This document shows, one piece after another, positions 60,401-64,000 of a DNA stretch of 64,000 nt. A program made the position numbers and the translations under genes. Below the pieces are notes generated by a model. The model ran no database searches. It had not been told where the DNA came from and worked only from the letters and a program-made list of their open reading frames with translations. The DNA is taken from NCBI GenBank assembly GCA_031409275.1, contig JANNXA010000018.1, forward strand, positions 32,001 to 96,000. The letters run 5' to 3'. This DNA is from Planctomycetota bacterium. Lineage in GTDB: Bacteria > Planctomycetota > B15-G4 > SIAN01. Numbering within the stretch: position 1 is the first letter of the stretch; each line of letters starts with the position of its first letter.

Positions 60401-60538
60401 CGGCGCCAGCATCACTCCGATCGGATCGAGACGCACCGAGTACTGCCCGTTGCTGATCGATTGCGCGGCTGCAGTCGCGCTGATCGCGGCGATCGCGGCC
60501 GGCAGCGCAACGCGCGAAAGGAAGGTGGGTGGACTCAT
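57419..60538 (-). CDS. Large secreted FG-GAP/VCBS-repeat (CRTAC1-like) protein
   Basis: Signal peptide ending AAA-Q; GDYDHDGWID, ADYDND, DWDNDGDVD, GDFDKDGDLD repeats; C-terminal domain. Confidence 0.9.
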   Translation of the reverse strand: MSPPTFLSRVALPAAIAAISATAAAQSISNGQYSVRLDPIGVMLAPPAEGLCTTYGPQIEFSPGTAEWFGLSFDTLGGHVSAVGAGPNADYARRTPVTPVSSSFTASGAVTVSKVGALEIEHTFSFCPFTGALVIGVTLRNTGRSPITNVVYSREWRDDAMVGGTFPEEWAPALPPGPDDVWRMAWMPNNILVGKSQGAVLALHSTSYSTSSRFGPAADDVPLQLWKGGSFSSGLIFGATFGISFGDYDHDGWIDVVNADGEALWRNLAGADWVKQIDLSVYMGKGTRYGCAMADYDNDQLLDICDEPRVGGAYFLHALGGDVFEEISGNPNRVDVRPIAPCETNSVADIDGDANLDWFFPVYPSWIGGPGNFFLYNDGPDANGVYTFRELSAQAGLDNPPLPVNRPEGAEWVDVDLDGDLDLYSNNTIYRNLSTLGNPLFEAMTENGSGVVFSDILDEGGGFLDYDMDGDMDLCLAFCDSTKGVRMFESLGDGTFKVQNKSLFDSFNTGLCLGLSFEDWDNDGDVDVTSSEVFRRNQFQETGGDRHFTVATHSIPAGHVTDATPAWGDFDKDGDLDSALGNWGEKGRLYENYTYDANTPADQKRHVRVRVMRDSDRFDDGLESEFGAQVTIVPFDHPTDTNRRTKVVSTSAGYLNQNEYVLHFALPVDPDPDPSKDVHFRVIVDFKGNAAQKTMRVDRHVNPVLGDLDLAQLQDREIVVFRSGRVRIDGCDFVPGAPIEPLTTVNGGLVLAGIDTPLPAPSPSPASNWFVGMEIDTTGAATAERLEELVIDGQLAPAVNCSGVFGNVFVWDVTDPLNPVLAEGGLRSYGVRVRNDRNYHTIDATLAPGRLYRLAVRVSKLRATAISGPLVDGPLVTTGGLSFQDASPCDGAAITAASVDPTQLYCTVRFRSEPTGAWADLGHALAGTNGAPVLTMTGDMRPLTLITADVTGALANAPAWLVVGLTPTCLPFVGGVLVPAPDIVLSGLFTDGNGTLSYSDCISDDIPGGESFFLQALVLDPGAADGFAMTNAVSGTTPR

Positions 60539-60650
60539 CGTTCGAAGCTCCTGGTGATGAAACGACGCACCTCTCGGCTGCCGATCCGGGCAGCTCCGTG
60601 GGCCTCTTCAGTATCCATGGCCGAGGGCGAAGTGGCCCGGACTGTTTCGT

Positions 60651-63600
60651 TCAGCGCGGCGTGGTCGCGGAAACCGCATTGGTCATCGAGAAGCCGCGCG
60701 CGGCACCCGGATCGAGGACGAGCGCCTGCAGGAAGAAGCTCTCGCCGCCGGGAAGGTCGTCACCGAGGCACTCGGAGTAGCTCATGGCGCCGTTCGCATC
60801 AGTGGACGCTCCCGACAGCACGACGTCGGGTGCGGGAACGAGCACGCCGCCCGCGAACGGCAGGCACGTCGGCGTCAGTCCGATGACGAGCCAGATCGGG
60901 GCATTCGCCAGGGCACCATCGACGTCGGCCGTCACCAGCGACAGCGGTCGCAGATCGCCTCCCATGGTCAGCCGCGGCGTGCCTTGGGTCCCGGTCAGCG
61001 CGTGGCCGAGGTCGGCGAACGCGCCGGTCGGTTCGCTGCGGAAGCGAACCGTGCAGTAGAGCCGCGTCGGGTCGACGCTCGCGGCGCTGATCGCGGCGCC
61101 GTCGCACGGAGACGCGTCCTGGAACGAAAGGCCGCCCGTCGTGAGGAATGGCCCATCGAGGAGCGGGCCGGTGATGGTCGTGGCGCGCAGCGCCTGCACG
61201 CGCACCGCAAGTCGGTAGAGCCGGCCCGGCTCGAGTGTGGCATCGAGAGCGTAGTAGTTGCGATCGTTGCGCGGTCGGATCGCGAAGTTGCGCATTCCTC
61301 CAGCGGCCAGCATCGGATTCAGCGGATCGGTGACATCCCACACGAACGTGTTGCCGAGCAACCCGCCGCAGTCGACGCCGCTCGCGAGCTTGCCGTCGAC
61401 GACCAGCTCCTCGATGCGTTGCGCCGAGGTCGCGCCGCGCGTGTCGATCTCCATGCCGATGAACCAATCGCCGGCGGGCGCCGCGATCGGCGCCGGGATC
61501 GCGGTGGTGAGGCCTGCCATCACCAGGCCGCCGTTCACCGTCGTGAGCGGTTCGAGCGACGCGCCCGGAATGAAGTCGCAGCCGTCGATTCGCACCCGTC
61601 CGCTGCGGTAGATGACGATCTCCCGCTCCTGCAATTGCGCGAGGTCGAGGTCGCCGAGCACGGGGTTGACGTGGCGATCGACGCGGACCGTCATCTGGGC
61701 CGCGTTGCCCTTGAAGTCGACGATGACGCGGAAGTGGACGTCCTGGTTCGGATCGGGATCGGGGTCGGTGGGCAACGCGAAGTGGAGCGTGTACTCGTTC
61801 TGGTTCAGGTAGCCACCCGACGTCGACACGACTTTCGTGCGACGGTTGACGTCGGTGGGGTGGTCGAGCGGGACGATCGTCACCTGAGCGCCGAACTCCG
61901 TCTCGAGACCGTCGTCGAAGAGGTCGGAGTCGCGCACCGGCTTCACGCGGAGATGGCGCTTCAGCTCGGGCGCGGTCGTCGCGTCGTAGGTCGTGTTGTC
62001 GTAGAGGTGACCAGTGGAGGCCCAGTTGCCGATCGCCGCGTCGACGTCGCCGTCGCGGTCGAAGTCGCCCCACGCCGGAGTCGCTTCGCTGATGTGGGTG
62101 GGATCGATCGAATGGGTGGCGATCGTGAAGTGGCGCCCCCCGTCGCTCTCGATGAACTGATTGCGCCGGAAGATCTCGCTGCTCGATACGTCGACGTCGC
62201 CGTCGTTGTCCCAATCCTCGAACGAGAGGCCGAGCGGCAAGCCGATGAAGGCGCCGTCGAAGAGCCCTCGCGACTGGACCTTGAAGTTCCCATCGCCACG
62301 GTTCTCGTACATGCGCAGGCCGACGCTGCTGTTGACATGGAACAGGCACAGGTCGATGTCGCCATCCATGTCGTAATCGAAGAGGCCGGCACCCTCCTCC
62401 GCGTCGAGCCCGAACGACATGCCGCTTGCCGTCGGGTCGAGCAGCTCGAACGACGGCGTGCCCGCGCTCGAGACGTTGCGGTAGATCGCCACGCACGCGT
62501 AGAGGTCGAGGTCGCCGTCGAAGTCGAAGTCGGCGAAGCCGGCGCCTTCGGGCAGCTGCCCGATCGGAGGGTTCTCGAGCCCGGCTTCGGTCACCATCTC
62601 GTGGAAGGCGTAGACGCCGTTGGCGTCCGGGCCGAGGTTGTAGAGGAAGCGGTTGCCGATGCTGCCGCCGTTGATGCCGTAGATCGGGAAGAACCAATCG
62701 AGATTGCCGTCGCCGTCGACGTCGGCAACCGAGTTGGTCTCGCACATCGCGGTGCACATCGGGTCATCGACGATGGCGGGGTCGAGGGCGACGTCCTCGA
62801 AATCATCGTTGCCGAGCGAATGGAGCACGTGGACGCAGTCGCCACGCGGCTCGTTCGCGATGTCGGGTCGTTGGTCGTTGTCGTAGTCGGCGACCGCACA
62901 GCCGTAGGGGACGAAGAAGTCGTTCAGCCACGGGCTGAGGTCGACCTGTTCCACCCAGTCGACGCCGGCCAGATTGCGCCAGATCTTCTTGCCACTCGAA
63001 TTCACCACATCGATCCAGCCATCGTGGTCGTAGTCGCCGAAGCTGATGCCGTTGGTGTTCCCGAAATCGAGCCCGCCTGGAAATGTGGCATTGGTCCAGA
63101 GGCGCAGCGGCAGGTCGTCGCTGGCCGGGCCGAGTTTCGAGCCGCTCGACCGTTGAGTCGGCATCAACACCAGCGAGCGTCCTTGCGACGCACCTGGCGA
63201 GAGCTCGTGCAGCTCCCACGCGAAGCGCATCACGTCCGCCGGGATCGGCGCGAGCCGCTCCGCGAGGGTTGGCGGGAACGTCGCGCCGTCGATGGAGTCA
63301 CGGCGCCATTCGCGGGTGTAGACGACGTCGCGCAACGGCGCGCGTCCGGTGTTGCGGAGCGTCGCCGTGATGATGAGCGCGCCGGTGAACGGGCAGAACG
63401 AGAAGCGGTGCTCGATCTCGAGCGCGACGCCGATGCCGGCCGTGACCGAGCCGAGGGTGAGCGCGCGGTCGGGCGCGAAGAGGCTCGAACCGGAGCTCAC
63501 CGGCAGGCGGTTGGCGTAGTCGGCGACCGCGCCCGCCCCGACCGCGCTCACCTCGGCGCCGAGTGCGTCGAAGGTGACGCCGAACCACTCCACCGTCCCT

Positions 63601-63791
63601 GGCACGAAGAGCGCTCGCGGCCCGAAGGTGGACACGAGACCGGCGGCGGGAGGCGCCACCATGACGCCGATCGGATCGAGGCGGACGGTCGTGGTGCCGT
63701 CGCTGATCGATTGCGCGCCGGCATCGGCGAAGCCGACGAGGAGCGCGGCGACGGTGGCGGAGCCGCTTCGAGACGGAACGCGTGATCGCAT
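60651..63791 (-). CDS. Large secreted FG-GAP/VCBS-repeat protein, tandem paralogue of 57419-60538
   Basis: Collinear along its length with the neighbour (e.g. FSFCPFTGAL, YLNQNEY.LHFALP, LYCTVRFRSEPTGA). Confidence 0.9.
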   Translation of the reverse strand: MRSRVPSRSGSATVAALLVGFADAGAQSISDGTTTVRLDPIGVMVAPPAAGLVSTFGPRALFVPGTVEWFGVTFDALGAEVSAVGAGAVADYANRLPVSSGSSLFAPDRALTLGSVTAGIGVALEIEHRFSFCPFTGALIITATLRNTGRAPLRDVVYTREWRRDSIDGATFPPTLAERLAPIPADVMRFAWELHELSPGASQGRSLVLMPTQRSSGSKLGPASDDLPLRLWTNATFPGGLDFGNTNGISFGDYDHDGWIDVVNSSGKKIWRNLAGVDWVEQVDLSPWLNDFFVPYGCAVADYDNDQRPDIANEPRGDCVHVLHSLGNDDFEDVALDPAIVDDPMCTAMCETNSVADVDGDGNLDWFFPIYGINGGSIGNRFLYNLGPDANGVYAFHEMVTEAGLENPPIGQLPEGAGFADFDFDGDLDLYACVAIYRNVSSAGTPSFELLDPTASGMSFGLDAEEGAGLFDYDMDGDIDLCLFHVNSSVGLRMYENRGDGNFKVQSRGLFDGAFIGLPLGLSFEDWDNDGDVDVSSSEIFRRNQFIESDGGRHFTIATHSIDPTHISEATPAWGDFDRDGDVDAAIGNWASTGHLYDNTTYDATTAPELKRHLRVKPVRDSDLFDDGLETEFGAQVTIVPLDHPTDVNRRTKVVSTSGGYLNQNEYTLHFALPTDPDPDPNQDVHFRVIVDFKGNAAQMTVRVDRHVNPVLGDLDLAQLQEREIVIYRSGRVRIDGCDFIPGASLEPLTTVNGGLVMAGLTTAIPAPIAAPAGDWFIGMEIDTRGATSAQRIEELVVDGKLASGVDCGGLLGNTFVWDVTDPLNPMLAAGGMRNFAIRPRNDRNYYALDATLEPGRLYRLAVRVQALRATTITGPLLDGPFLTTGGLSFQDASPCDGAAISAASVDPTRLYCTVRFRSEPTGAFADLGHALTGTQGTPRLTMGGDLRPLSLVTADVDGALANAPIWLVIGLTPTCLPFAGGVLVPAPDVVLSGASTDANGAMSYSECLGDDLPGGESFFLQALVLDPGAARGFSMTNAVSATTPR

Positions 63792-64000
63792 GGCGTGAAT
63801 TCCCGGAAGTGAGTCGAGTGGAACGCCGGCGACCGCGATGTGCGCTGCGGTGAAGGTAGGTAGCCCGATGTCAGAAGGTTGTCACCTCCCGCGAACCCGA
63901 CCGTCGATCCGCACCACCGCCCGCCCGGACTCTGCGAGCCACTCGCCGTCGCGCGTCAACGCAAGCGCGGCGATCGCACCGCCGCGCCGCTCGCCGATCG

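Noticed and set aside
60984..63785. 933-aa plus-strand ORF
   Set aside because: Antisense shadow of the FG-GAP gene.
63792..64000. Possible ncRNA or gene at the window end
   Set aside because: No recognisable RNA motif or ORF; probably the upstream region of the FG-GAP gene.

Overview
High-GC bacterial DNA, densely coding, with no rRNA, tRNA, CRISPR array or mobile element seen. The DUF1501 / DUF1549-DUF1553 pair and the many secreted FG-GAP proteins point to Planctomycetota (inference). Layout: (1) 1-11.8 kb, secreted beta-propeller proteins, a DUF1501 / planctomycete cytochrome c pair and a HEAT-repeat protein; (2) 11.9-18.5 kb, a Na+/pH locus (nhaR divergent from can, an HPF-like gene, a Ca2+/Na+ antiporter, nhaA and ftsH); (3) 18.6-25 kb, hydrolases; (4) 25-39.3 kb, a minus-strand run argR-argH-DUF2071-hemA-hemCD-hemB-hemL-HK-RR-hemE-hemN-hemH-hemY; (5) 39.5-55.4 kb, a respiratory cluster with Rieske protein, split b6-like cytochrome b, an octaheme cytochrome c, a cupredoxin-like lipoprotein, A2-type oxidase subunits II and I, ctaA, ctaB, SCO and DUF420, followed by dapF; (6) 55.4-64 kb, two hypothetical genes and two tandem ~1040-aa FG-GAP paralogues. 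Main discovery: a gene the ORF track misses (54213-54530, +) between DUF420 and dapF. It encodes a signal peptide, Q-C-S-M-[TGA]-K and a transmembrane helix. The in-frame TGA is followed directly by a hairpin resembling a bacterial SECIS, so this is a candidate CxxU selenoprotein linked to cytochrome oxidase assembly. No database searches were run; family assignments come from motif recognition.
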